Part shown: in pieces, positions 47,146 to 54,322 of the stretch
Position numbering within the stretch: the first letter of the stretch is position 1
Layout of the letters: each line of letters starts with the position of its first letter
Source: Deltaproteobacteria bacterium
Lineage (GTDB): Bacteria > Myxococcota > Myxococcia > Myxococcales > 40CM-4-68-19
Assembly: GCA_005879535.1 (NCBI GenBank)
Contig: VBKI01000064.1
Coordinates: 52,993 to 116,992 of the forward strand
Direction: 5' to 3'
DNA length: 64,000 nucleotides
Translations under genes and position numbers: made by a program
Notes under the pieces: generated by a model
Told to the model about the DNA's origin: nothing
Database searches by the model: none
The model's input: only the letters and a program-made list of their open reading frames with translations

Positions 47146-49438
47146 ACGATGGAACGATGTCTTCGGGAGTCAGCCACTGCCCGGCAGGCGCGACGCCCTT
47201 CTCCGCCAGCCCCAGGGTGATGCGGCGGCGTGCGGGATCGACCGCGATCACTTCCACCACGATCTCGTCGCCGATGGAGTAGCTCCGGCCTGAACTGCCG
47301 ACGATCAGTCGCTGCATTTCCTTGTCCAGCTCGACACCCGCGCCCAGCGACTCGGCGGGGACCAGCCCCTCGACGAACACCTCTTCCAGCTCGCAGAAGA
47401 GCCCGAAGTCGGCGACACCTGAAACCACCGCCTTGAACTTCTCGCCGACCTTGTCCTGCATGTAGAGCGCCGAGTAGAAGTTGTCGACGTCGCGCTCCGC
47501 CTTCATTGCCGCGCGCTCCCGATCGGAGCACTGGGCGGAAACTCCGGCGAGGTACGCCTCCTGTTCCTCGCGTTCCGGATCGCGCAATGGCCGGCCGCCG
47601 CGCACCCAGTGCTCCTTGAGCAGGCGGTGGACCATCAGGTCCGGATAGCGCCGGATCGGCGAGGTGAAATGCAGGTACGTCGGCGCGGCAAGGCCATAGT
47701 GGCCGATGTTGTCGGGGCTGTATTGCGCCTGCATCATCGCGCGCAAGAGGAGTGAGTTGAGCGCCTTCTGGGCCGGCTTTCCCTCGACTGCCTTGAGGAA
47801 ATCGTTGAGCACCCTGGGCGTCAACTCCTCGCCCGCCGGCAGATCGAACCCGTGCGAGCGGGCCAGCGCGGCGAAGGCGTCGAGCTTCTCGCGGTCCGGC
47901 TGGTCGTGGATCCGGTAGACGGTGGGAAGGCCGCGCACCTGGAAGAAGCGCGCCACTGCCTCGTTGGCGGCGAGCATGAACTCCTCGACCAGCCGGTGCG
48001 CGTCGTTGCGCGGCCGTCGCGCGATCTCCGCCACCCTTCCCTGCTCGTCGAGGACGATCTTCGCCTCCGGCAGATCGAAGTCGATGCTCCCTCGCAGCTG
48101 CCGCCGCCGCGTGAGCTTCTTCGACAGCTCGTGCGCGGCCTTCAGGTCGTCCAGCAGCGGCCGCAACTGGGGATCGGCGTCGCCCGCCAGCGCTTCGGCG
48201 ACCCGCGTGTACGTGAGCCGCGCGTGGCTTCGCATCACGGCTTCGTAGATGTCTGCCTGCAGCGGTGTGCCGGACTTGTCGAGGGCCAGATCGCAGACGG
48301 TGCAGAGCCGGTCCACGTCGGGATTCAGGGAGCAGATCCCGTTCGAGAGCCGCTCCGGAAGCATCGGCAGCACGGTCCCCGGGAAATAGACGCTGGTGGC
48401 GCGCCGCAGCGCCTCGCGATCGAGCGGCCCGCCCGGCCGTACGTAGTGCGCGACGTCCGCGATGGCGACCACCAGGCGGTACCCGCCGGGCGTCCGCGAG
48501 ACGTGGACGGCGTCGTCGAAATCGCGCGCGTCCTCGCCGTCGATGGTCACGAGCGGCAGGTGGCGCAGGTCGCGCCGGCCGGAGATCTCGTCGGGGTGGA
48601 CATGGTCCGGGACGCTCTGCGCGGCGATCAGCGTCGCCGGGTCGAACTCGTCCGAGAATCCTTCCGCGTACGCGGCGGCGAGGATCTCGAAGCGGGGATC
48701 GCCGCGGTCGCCCAGGACGGAGATGATCTCGCCCTGCAGCGCCCCCTGGATCTCCCGGTGGAGCCTGACCTTGACCATGTCGCCGTCGCGCGCGCGGGGA
48801 TGACGCGGAACGGCGATGTTGCCTGTCAGGTTGCGATCGTGGGGGATCACCCACTGCGCCTTTCCCTTCGCCTGGTAGATCCCGAGCGCGAGCTGGCGCC
48901 GCCGCTCGACGACCTCGAGCACCTCGCCCGCGAGCCGGCCGTCGCGGCCGCGGATGGCGCGCGCCCGCACCACGTCCCCGTCGAGCGCGCCCCTGGTGAA
49001 CTGCGGCGGCACGAAGAGATCGTCCTCGCGGCCGCCGTCGCCGAGCAGCGGCGAGACGAAGCCGTACCCTTCCGCCTTCAGATGGATGACGCCGGTGACT
49101 TCCGCCCCCGGCTTGCGCGCGCCCTGCGCGGGTCCCTTGTCGCGATGCATGCGCGCTCCTTCGATCATCGCCGCCGGCGCTCGGCGCGACTGAGGCCGGG
49201 GCGTCTCGCCGGAAGCCGTGCGGCGGTCCCCGTCGGCGCGGTCGTGACCCTCGACTTCGCGGTAGACGTGACCGTCGTAGCTGGCGCGACCGTGCTTCAT
49301 CAGATCGGCGAGAGCGCGGCGCAGCGGATGCCGCTGGGACTGGCCGAGGCGGAGCTGGCCGGAGAGCTGCTTGAGGGAGAGCCCCTTTCCGCGCGCGCGA
49401 CGCAGCGCGGAGAGAAGGTGCTCGGGATCGATGCTCAT
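47018..49438 (-). CDS. rnr: Ribonuclease R
   Basis: The ATG at 49438 starts MSIDPEHLL. It has a cold-shock-like N-terminal region and the RNB domain (VTIDGEDARDFDDAVHV, YFPGTVLPMLPERLSNGICSLNP, HYGLAAPTYLHFTSPIRRYPDL). An S1 domain and a basic tail follow. Confidence 0.95.
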   Translation of the reverse strand: MSIDPEHLLSALRRARGKGLSLKQLSGQLRLGQSQRHPLRRALADLMKHGRASYDGHVYREVEGHDRADGDRRTASGETPRPQSRRAPAAMIEGARMHRDKGPAQGARKPGAEVTGVIHLKAEGYGFVSPLLGDGGREDDLFVPPQFTRGALDGDVVRARAIRGRDGRLAGEVLEVVERRRQLALGIYQAKGKAQWVIPHDRNLTGNIAVPRHPRARDGDMVKVRLHREIQGALQGEIISVLGDRGDPRFEILAAAYAEGFSDEFDPATLIAAQSVPDHVHPDEISGRRDLRHLPLVTIDGEDARDFDDAVHVSRTPGGYRLVVAIADVAHYVRPGGPLDREALRRATSVYFPGTVLPMLPERLSNGICSLNPDVDRLCTVCDLALDKSGTPLQADIYEAVMRSHARLTYTRVAEALAGDADPQLRPLLDDLKAAHELSKKLTRRRQLRGSIDFDLPEAKIVLDEQGRVAEIARRPRNDAHRLVEEFMLAANEAVARFFQVRGLPTVYRIHDQPDREKLDAFAALARSHGFDLPAGEELTPRVLNDFLKAVEGKPAQKALNSLLLRAMMQAQYSPDNIGHYGLAAPTYLHFTSPIRRYPDLMVHRLLKEHWVRGGRPLRDPEREEQEAYLAGVSAQCSDRERAAMKAERDVDNFYSALYMQDKVGEKFKAVVSGVADFGLFCELEEVFVEGLVPAESLGAGVELDKEMQRLIVGSSGRSYSIGDEIVVEVIAVDPARRRITLGLAEKGVAPAGQWLTPEDIVPSSTSRSKPRRQAPRAVAPSPRRPPRGSPPGRPPRRKGTRDGGR

Positions 49439-49449
49439 CAACGGCGTTT

Positions 49450-49767
49450 CTAGACTTTCTTGCGCCCGGTGTCGGCGGCGGCGGTCTCCTGGACCGCCGC
49501 TGTGTCGCCCTTCGAGCAGGGGAAACCGGGCACGTGCTTGCCGAGGAACGATGACAACGAGCTCATCAGCTCCTGGGGCATCTCGGCCGCGAGCGCGTGC
49601 CGGCAGAGCTTCCGCGTCGCGCGATAGGTGCGGACGAAGGTGATGCAGGGAGGACAAAAGCTGAGATGATCTTCCAGTGCCTTCGCTCGCTCGGGGGAAA
49701 GCGTGCCCTCGATGTACTCGCCGAGCAACTCGACGCATTCCTTGCAGTGCTGGATGGGACTGGTCAA
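49450..49767 (-). CDS. Soluble zinc-binding anti-sigma factor (ZAS, RsrA-like)
   Basis: HxxxCxxC motif (EDHLSFCPPC) plus an N-terminal HCKEC. There is no TM segment. It sits directly downstream of an ECF sigma gene. Confidence 0.8.
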   Translation of the reverse strand: MTSPIQHCKECVELLGEYIEGTLSPERAKALEDHLSFCPPCITFVRTYRATRKLCRHALAAEMPQELMSSLSSFLGKHVPGFPCSKGDTAAVQETAAADTGRKKV

Positions 49768-49864
49768 CGCGTCGCTTCCTGGGGTGGGAGTGGCGGCGGC
49801 CGGGTATCCTAGCCGACCTGCTTGGAAAGATGCACTCCGCCATTGGTGGATTCGCGGTTCGGAG

Positions 49865-50527
49865 TCATTTCGCGGGAGCGTCGAAGAATTCGCCCAGCTT
49901 CTCGCGCAAAGCCAGCCTGGCGCGGTGGAGCCGGCTCTTCACCGCCGGTACCGTCAGATCGAGGGCGTGGGCGATGTCCTCGTTCGAGAGCCCATCGACG
50001 TCCTTGAGCAGGAACACCGTCCGGTAGTCGTCGGGAAGTTGCTCCACCGCCTTGTTGATCGCCGCGCCCAATTCGCCGGACATCATCTTCTCGTCCGCGC
50101 GCTGCGACCAGTCGCTGTTGCTGGCCGGCTCGAGGTAGCCCTCGGCAGAGAACCGGGGGCCCGCCAGCTCGAGCGGCTGGTCACCGAGGGTATCGGGCGC
50201 CCGACGCTTGCGCCGCAGGCGCATCAGCGCGCTGTTCGCGGCGATGCGGTACAGCCAGCTGGAGAACTGCGCCTCCCCGCGGAACAGCGGCAGCTTCTGG
50301 TAGGCGTTCAGGAACGCTTCCTGGAGCACTTCCTGCGCGTCGGCCTCCGAGCCCGTCATTCGCAGCGCCAGCCGGTAGAGCTGGCGCTGGTGGCGCTCGA
50401 CGAGCATGGCGAAGGCCGCGCCATCGCCGTGCTGGGCGCGCTCCACCAGCTCGCGATCGCCGGGCTGTCCGTCAGCCCGCGGCTCCTCCGGAGCGGGCTC
50501 GGCGCGTGTCTGCGTCAGGTCGGCCAA
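49865..50527 (-). CDS. ECF-type RNA polymerase sigma factor
   Basis: LVERAQHGDGAAFAMLVERHQRQLYRLALRMTGSEADAQEVLQEAFLNAY..FSSWLYRIAANSALMRLR, with region 4 reading VFLLKDVDGLSNEDIAHALDLTVPAVKSRLHRAR. TTG start. Confidence 0.92.
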   Translation of the reverse strand: MADLTQTRAEPAPEEPRADGQPGDRELVERAQHGDGAAFAMLVERHQRQLYRLALRMTGSEADAQEVLQEAFLNAYQKLPLFRGEAQFSSWLYRIAANSALMRLRRKRRAPDTLGDQPLELAGPRFSAEGYLEPASNSDWSQRADEKMMSGELGAAINKAVEQLPDDYRTVFLLKDVDGLSNEDIAHALDLTVPAVKSRLHRARLALREKLGEFFDAPAK

Positions 50528-50536
50528 GGGCGGGGG

Positions 50537-50565
50537 ACCCTAAAGCACGCAGACGGGGTGGTCAA
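50537..50565 (-). promoter_or_regulatory. Possible promoter TTGACC-17 nt-TAGGGT (minus strand) ending 9 nt before the ECF sigma start
   Basis: Read on the minus strand in the 59-bp spacer between the FAD oxidase stop and the sigma gene start. Weak -10 element. Confidence 0.3.
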
Positions 50566-50586
50566 GTCCCGCACCCGCTCGCTTCG

Positions 50587-51948
50587 CTAGCGCTCCGGTG
50601 GTGGCAGTATCTTGCCGGGATTCAACAGGTTGTCCGGATCGAAGGCCAATTTGAGCCGTCGCTGCAGCTCGATGACATCGCGGCTCTGCTCGCGCGCGAG
50701 AAAGGCGCGCTTGGCGAGGCCGACTCCGTGCTCCCCCGTGATCGTCCCGCCCAGATCGATGGCGGCCTGGAGGACCTCTTCCACCGCCGCGTGGCCGCGC
50801 GCGCGCTCCTCCTGGGATTCGAAGAGCAGATTGACATGCAGGTTGCCGTCGCCGGCATGTCCGTAGCACGCCGTCGGCAGGCCAAAGCGCTCACCGATGG
50901 CGCGCACCCGCCCGATCAGCTCGATGAGCCTGCCGCGGGGGACGGCGACGTCCTCGCTGATCTTGTGCGGCCGGATGGCGGTGAGGGCAACCGAGATCAT
51001 CCGCCGCGTTTCCCAGACGCGGCGGCGCTGGGCTTCGTCCTGGGCGGCGACCACCTCGTGGGCGCCGGCCTCGGTGCAGAGCTCGCCGGACTTCGCCAGC
51101 TCGTCGAAGACCCCTTCGCCGTGGCCGTCGTGCTCGACGATGAGCGCCCCGCCGACGCCTTCGGGGAACTTGAACGGCGCCCGCGGGCTGACCGCGCGCA
51201 TCGTGGGCCCGTCGAGCAGCTCGCAGGCCCTCGGCAAGAGGCCCGCGCCAAAGATCTTCTGGACCGCGAGCGCGGCCTTGTCTTCGTCCGGGAAGAAAGC
51301 CAGCAGCGTCGCGACCGAGCGTGGAAGCGGGATGAGCTTCAGCGTCGCTTCGACGATCACCGCCAGCGTTCCTTCGCTCCCGACGAGGAGCTGGGTCAGG
51401 TCGTAGCCGGCCACCCCTTTCCAGCTCCGGTGACCGGTGCGGATCAATTCGCCCGTGGGCAGGACCGCCCGCAGCCCGAGCACGTAGTCGCGCGTCACGC
51501 CGTACTTGAGCGCGCGCGGACCGCCGGCGTTGTGCGCCAGGTTTCCACCGATGGAGCACATCGCCTGCGAGTTCGGGTCGGGCGGATAGAACAAACCTTC
51601 GGCCTCCACCGCCGCCTGCAGCTTTTCCAGGATGACGCCCGGCTCGACGACGCAGACCATGTCGGCCCGAGAGACCTCGATGATGCGGTCCAGCTTTTCC
51701 AGCGAGAGCACGATTCCGCCCCGCTCCGCCAGCGCTCCCCCGCTCTTCCCGGAACCGGCTCCCCGGGGGACGACCGGAATCCTCCGCTGTCGCGAGTAGG
51801 CCAGCACCTTCTGGACCTCCGCCGCGGTGCGCGCCTGCACCGCCGCTTGCGGGGGATACTCGCCACAGCCGCTCTCGTCGCGCGCGTATGGATCGATGGC
51901 GGCCGTCTGCAGCCCGAGTGCCGACAACTCGTCCGCGAGCGCGTTCAC
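50587..51948 (-). CDS. FAD-linked oxidase (GlcD / D-lactate dehydrogenase family)
   Basis: FAD-binding PCMH domain (PVVPRGAGSGKSGGAL, VEPGVILEKLQ, YPPDPNSQAMCSIGGNLAHNAGG) and C-terminal GHAGDGNLHVNL..GTITGEHGVG. The GTG start overlaps the SDR TGA (GTGA). Confidence 0.9.
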   Translation of the reverse strand: MNALADELSALGLQTAAIDPYARDESGCGEYPPQAAVQARTAAEVQKVLAYSRQRRIPVVPRGAGSGKSGGALAERGGIVLSLEKLDRIIEVSRADMVCVVEPGVILEKLQAAVEAEGLFYPPDPNSQAMCSIGGNLAHNAGGPRALKYGVTRDYVLGLRAVLPTGELIRTGHRSWKGVAGYDLTQLLVGSEGTLAVIVEATLKLIPLPRSVATLLAFFPDEDKAALAVQKIFGAGLLPRACELLDGPTMRAVSPRAPFKFPEGVGGALIVEHDGHGEGVFDELAKSGELCTEAGAHEVVAAQDEAQRRRVWETRRMISVALTAIRPHKISEDVAVPRGRLIELIGRVRAIGERFGLPTACYGHAGDGNLHVNLLFESQEERARGHAAVEEVLQAAIDLGGTITGEHGVGLAKRAFLAREQSRDVIELQRRLKLAFDPDNLLNPGKILPPPER

Positions 51949-52571
51949 CCGAACACCTCGACGGCGCTGCCGGTCATCGCGAACGGAGCCTCGGTGCAGA
52001 GAAACCTCACCACCCGCGCCACTTCCTCCGCGCGCACGCTCGGCTCGAACGGCGTCTGCTCCAGCATCCGCGTCGCCACTCCGCCGGGGAGGACGGCGGC
52101 GCAGAAGATGCCACGCTCGCGGCCTTCTTCCGCCAGCGACTTGATGAGCCCGGTGAGACCCCACTTGCTCGCGTTGTAGGCGGCACCGTGCGCGGTGCCC
52201 AGCGTCCCGCTGATCGAGCCGATCGCGACGATCCGGGTGGCGCCGGTACGGAAGCCCTCGCGGGCGCAGAGAAACGCGCCGCGCAGGTTGACGCCGAGAA
52301 CGCGGTCCCACTGCTGCGCGCTGAACGACTCGATCGGCCCGCGCTCCAGCACGCCGGCGTTGAGCACGACGCAATCGCAGCGCCCCGCCTCGGCGAAGAG
52401 CGCGCGGACGTCCGCTTCGTCGGACACATCGCAGCGCCGCGCGAGAGCGGCGCCGCGCACCTCGGGCACGGATCGGGATGCGCACACGGTCACCTGCGCT
52501 CCGTCGGCAATCAGGGCTTCTGCGACGGCAAGGCCGATCCCCCGCGAGGCGCCTGTGACCAGCGCCTTCAT
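51945..52571 (-). CDS. Short-chain dehydrogenase/reductase (208 aa)
   Basis: TGASRGIG, NAG and the catalytic YNASK. The ATG overlaps the folE TGA (ATGA). Confidence 0.88.
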   Translation of the reverse strand: MKALVTGASRGIGLAVAEALIADGAQVTVCASRSVPEVRGAALARRCDVSDEADVRALFAEAGRCDCVVLNAGVLERGPIESFSAQQWDRVLGVNLRGAFLCAREGFRTGATRIVAIGSISGTLGTAHGAAYNASKWGLTGLIKSLAEEGRERGIFCAAVLPGGVATRMLEQTPFEPSVRAEEVARVVRFLCTEAPFAMTGSAVEVFG

Positions 52572-53161
52572 CCTCCTTCCGCGCGCCGAGCCAGCGAATG
52601 GCGCAGCTCGGCGTCCTTCTCGAACACGCCCGCCCAGGCCTGGACAGTGATCCGGCTGTGCCGGCGCATGGGACCGCGGACCTGCATGCACCCGTGCTCG
52701 GCGACGATGACGACGCCGGCGCCGAGCGGGTTGAGCGCGGCACCGATGCTCTCGCAAAGGCGGTGCACGAGCTGCTCCTGCAGGATCAGCCTGTGCGCCA
52801 GCGCATCGGTCGCCTCGGCGATCTTGCCGAAGCCGACCAGCCACTGATCCGCGACATAGCCGACCGCCGCGGTGCCCTTGTAGGGAAGCAGATGGTGCGG
52901 GCACATCGCGTGGAAGTCGATCTGCGAGGCGATCACAAGCTCGCCGCGGCGGGGCGCCGGCACGAGCGAGCTCTTCAGCGTCTCCACCGCATCGCGCGCG
53001 TAGCCGTCGAGCAGGTCTTCGCTGAATGCCTTGGCCACGCGGCCCGGAGTCTCACGCGTCTCGGCGTCCAGCTCGGCGCCGGAGGCCAGCAAGAGATCCT
53101 CGATGGCCTTGGCGAGCGCCTTGCGGTCGGGCGACTGCGCTTTGCGATCCGGCAGCGCCAT
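52568..53161 (-). CDS. folE: GTP cyclohydrolase I
   Basis: FHAMCPHHLLPYKGTAAVGYV and LILQEQLVHRL...VVIVAEHGCMQVRG, the type-I FolE zinc/active-site motifs. Confidence 0.93.
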   Translation of the reverse strand: MALPDRKAQSPDRKALAKAIEDLLLASGAELDAETRETPGRVAKAFSEDLLDGYARDAVETLKSSLVPAPRRGELVIASQIDFHAMCPHHLLPYKGTAAVGYVADQWLVGFGKIAEATDALAHRLILQEQLVHRLCESIGAALNPLGAGVVIVAEHGCMQVRGPMRRHSRITVQAWAGVFEKDAELRHSLARRAEGG

Positions 53162-53524
53162 TCACCATTTCCCGTGTGGACCGCGGTAGACCACGCAGCT
53201 CGTGGGAACTTCCCAGAGCCGGATCTCGACGAGCCCCGGCAGCTTTCCTTCCAGGTGGTGCCACATCCAGGTCGCGATGTTCTCCGCCGTCGGGTTCTCG
53301 ATGGAGTCGTTCAGGTTGGTGTGATCGACGCGGTCGAGCACGTGCTCCTTGACGATCTTCTCGACGTCGCCGAAGTCCACGAAGATGCCCGAGTAGGGGT
53401 CGGGCTCGCCGCGCAGCACGACCTGAAAGCGGTAGTTGTGGCCGTGCAGGTTGAAGCACTTGCCGTTGTAACGCGGAAGCCGGTGGGCGGCCGCGAAGCT
53501 GAACTCTGCTTCGATCTGATGCAT
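53162..53524 (-). CDS. queD: 6-carboxytetrahydropterin / 6-pyruvoyltetrahydropterin synthase family protein (QueD/PTPS)
   Basis: 120 aa. FSFAAAHRLP..GKCFNLHGHNY...VDFGDVEKIV..LDHTNLND. Its stop is followed directly by the folE ATG (TGAATG). Confidence 0.92.
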   Translation of the reverse strand: MHQIEAEFSFAAAHRLPRYNGKCFNLHGHNYRFQVVLRGEPDPYSGIFVDFGDVEKIVKEHVLDRVDHTNLNDSIENPTAENIATWMWHHLEGKLPGLVEIRLWEVPTSCVVYRGPHGKW

Positions 53525-53531
53525 GGGTGCG

Positions 53532-53640
53532 TCCTCTAGCACTTGGATGCGGCAGGCGGCAAAACGCCGCGGGTAGTGGACGTTTTGAGCGAAACAGGGA
53601 ACCTTCCCCTCGGTAGAGCATCCAAGCAAGTGCAAGAGGA
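53532..53640. promoter_or_regulatory. Long-range inverted repeat in the queD/ribA spacer whose outer base pairs are the two Shine-Dalgarno sequences; encloses alternative hairpins
   Basis: Arms 53532-53550 (tcctctagcacttggatgc) and 53618-53640 (gcatccaagcaagtgcaagagga) can form about 18 bp. Inner competing hairpins are 53556-53570 versus 53560-53566/53581-53587. All were read directly from the sequence. Confidence 0.55.
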
Positions 53641-53647
53641 GGCAGCT

Positions 53648-54298
53648 TTGTCGAGCGCACACCTGCACGCCGTACCGTCCCCGAACAGCCTGGTCGAGCT
53701 CTATTCGGAAGCGCCGCTTCCCACGCGCCACGGGCTGTTGCGGGCGTTCGTATTCCGCGAGACCGGGACCGGCAAGGAACATGTCGTCGCGGTCAAGGGC
53801 GACGTTCGCGGCCATGAAGGCGTGCCGGTGCGCGTCCACAGCGAGTGCCTGACGAGCGAGATCCTCGGCTCGCTCAAGTGCGACTGCCGGGAGCAGCTCG
53901 AGCACGCCCTCGACGTGATCGGCCGTTCCGAGCGCGGGGCGATGATCTATCTGCGGCAGGAAGGGCGCGGCATCGGGCTCGGGAACAAGATCCGCGCTTA
54001 CGCGCTGCAGGCGCGCGGCGCCGACACGTACGAGGCGAATCGGGCACTCGGCTTCGGCGACGACCTGCGCCGCTACGACATCGCCGCGCAGATGCTGAAG
54101 GAGCTCGGGGTGCGGTCGATCGACCTGATCACCAACAATCCGCAGAAGATCGCCGGCCTGGAAGTGGAGGGCGTGACCGTGCGCCGGCGGATTCCGTCGC
54201 TCGCGAAGAGCAATCCGCACAACATCGGTTACTTGCGCACGAAGCGCGAACGGACCGGGCATCTCATCGAGCTGTCCGAGCAGAAGACGTCGGCGTAG
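53648..54298 (+). CDS. ribA: GTP cyclohydrolase II
   Basis: VHSECLTSEILGSLKCDCREQL, IYLRQEGRGIGLGNKIRAY and ITNNPQKI. The TTG at 53648 is preferred because GAGGAGG lies 5 nt upstream. The track start at 53543 is unlikely. Confidence 0.9.
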   Translation: MSSAHLHAVPSPNSLVELYSEAPLPTRHGLLRAFVFRETGTGKEHVVAVKGDVRGHEGVPVRVHSECLTSEILGSLKCDCREQLEHALDVIGRSERGAMIYLRQEGRGIGLGNKIRAYALQARGADTYEANRALGFGDDLRRYDIAAQMLKELGVRSIDLITNNPQKIAGLEVEGVTVRRRIPSLAKSNPHNIGYLRTKRERTGHLIELSEQKTSA

Positions 54299-54322
54299 GC
54301 CGCCTGTAGGTCCGGGTGAGAT

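Noticed and set aside
53525-53647. FMN riboswitch (RFN) upstream of ribA, or a preQ1, THF or ZTP element upstream of queD-folE.
   Set aside because: I could not find the conserved cores I remember (for example GGGCAGGGTGAAATTCCC...ACCGGCGGT for FMN, or CCGCCTGGGC for ZTP), and the length is too short for RFN. The structure is reported as an unclassified element instead. An Infernal scan is needed.
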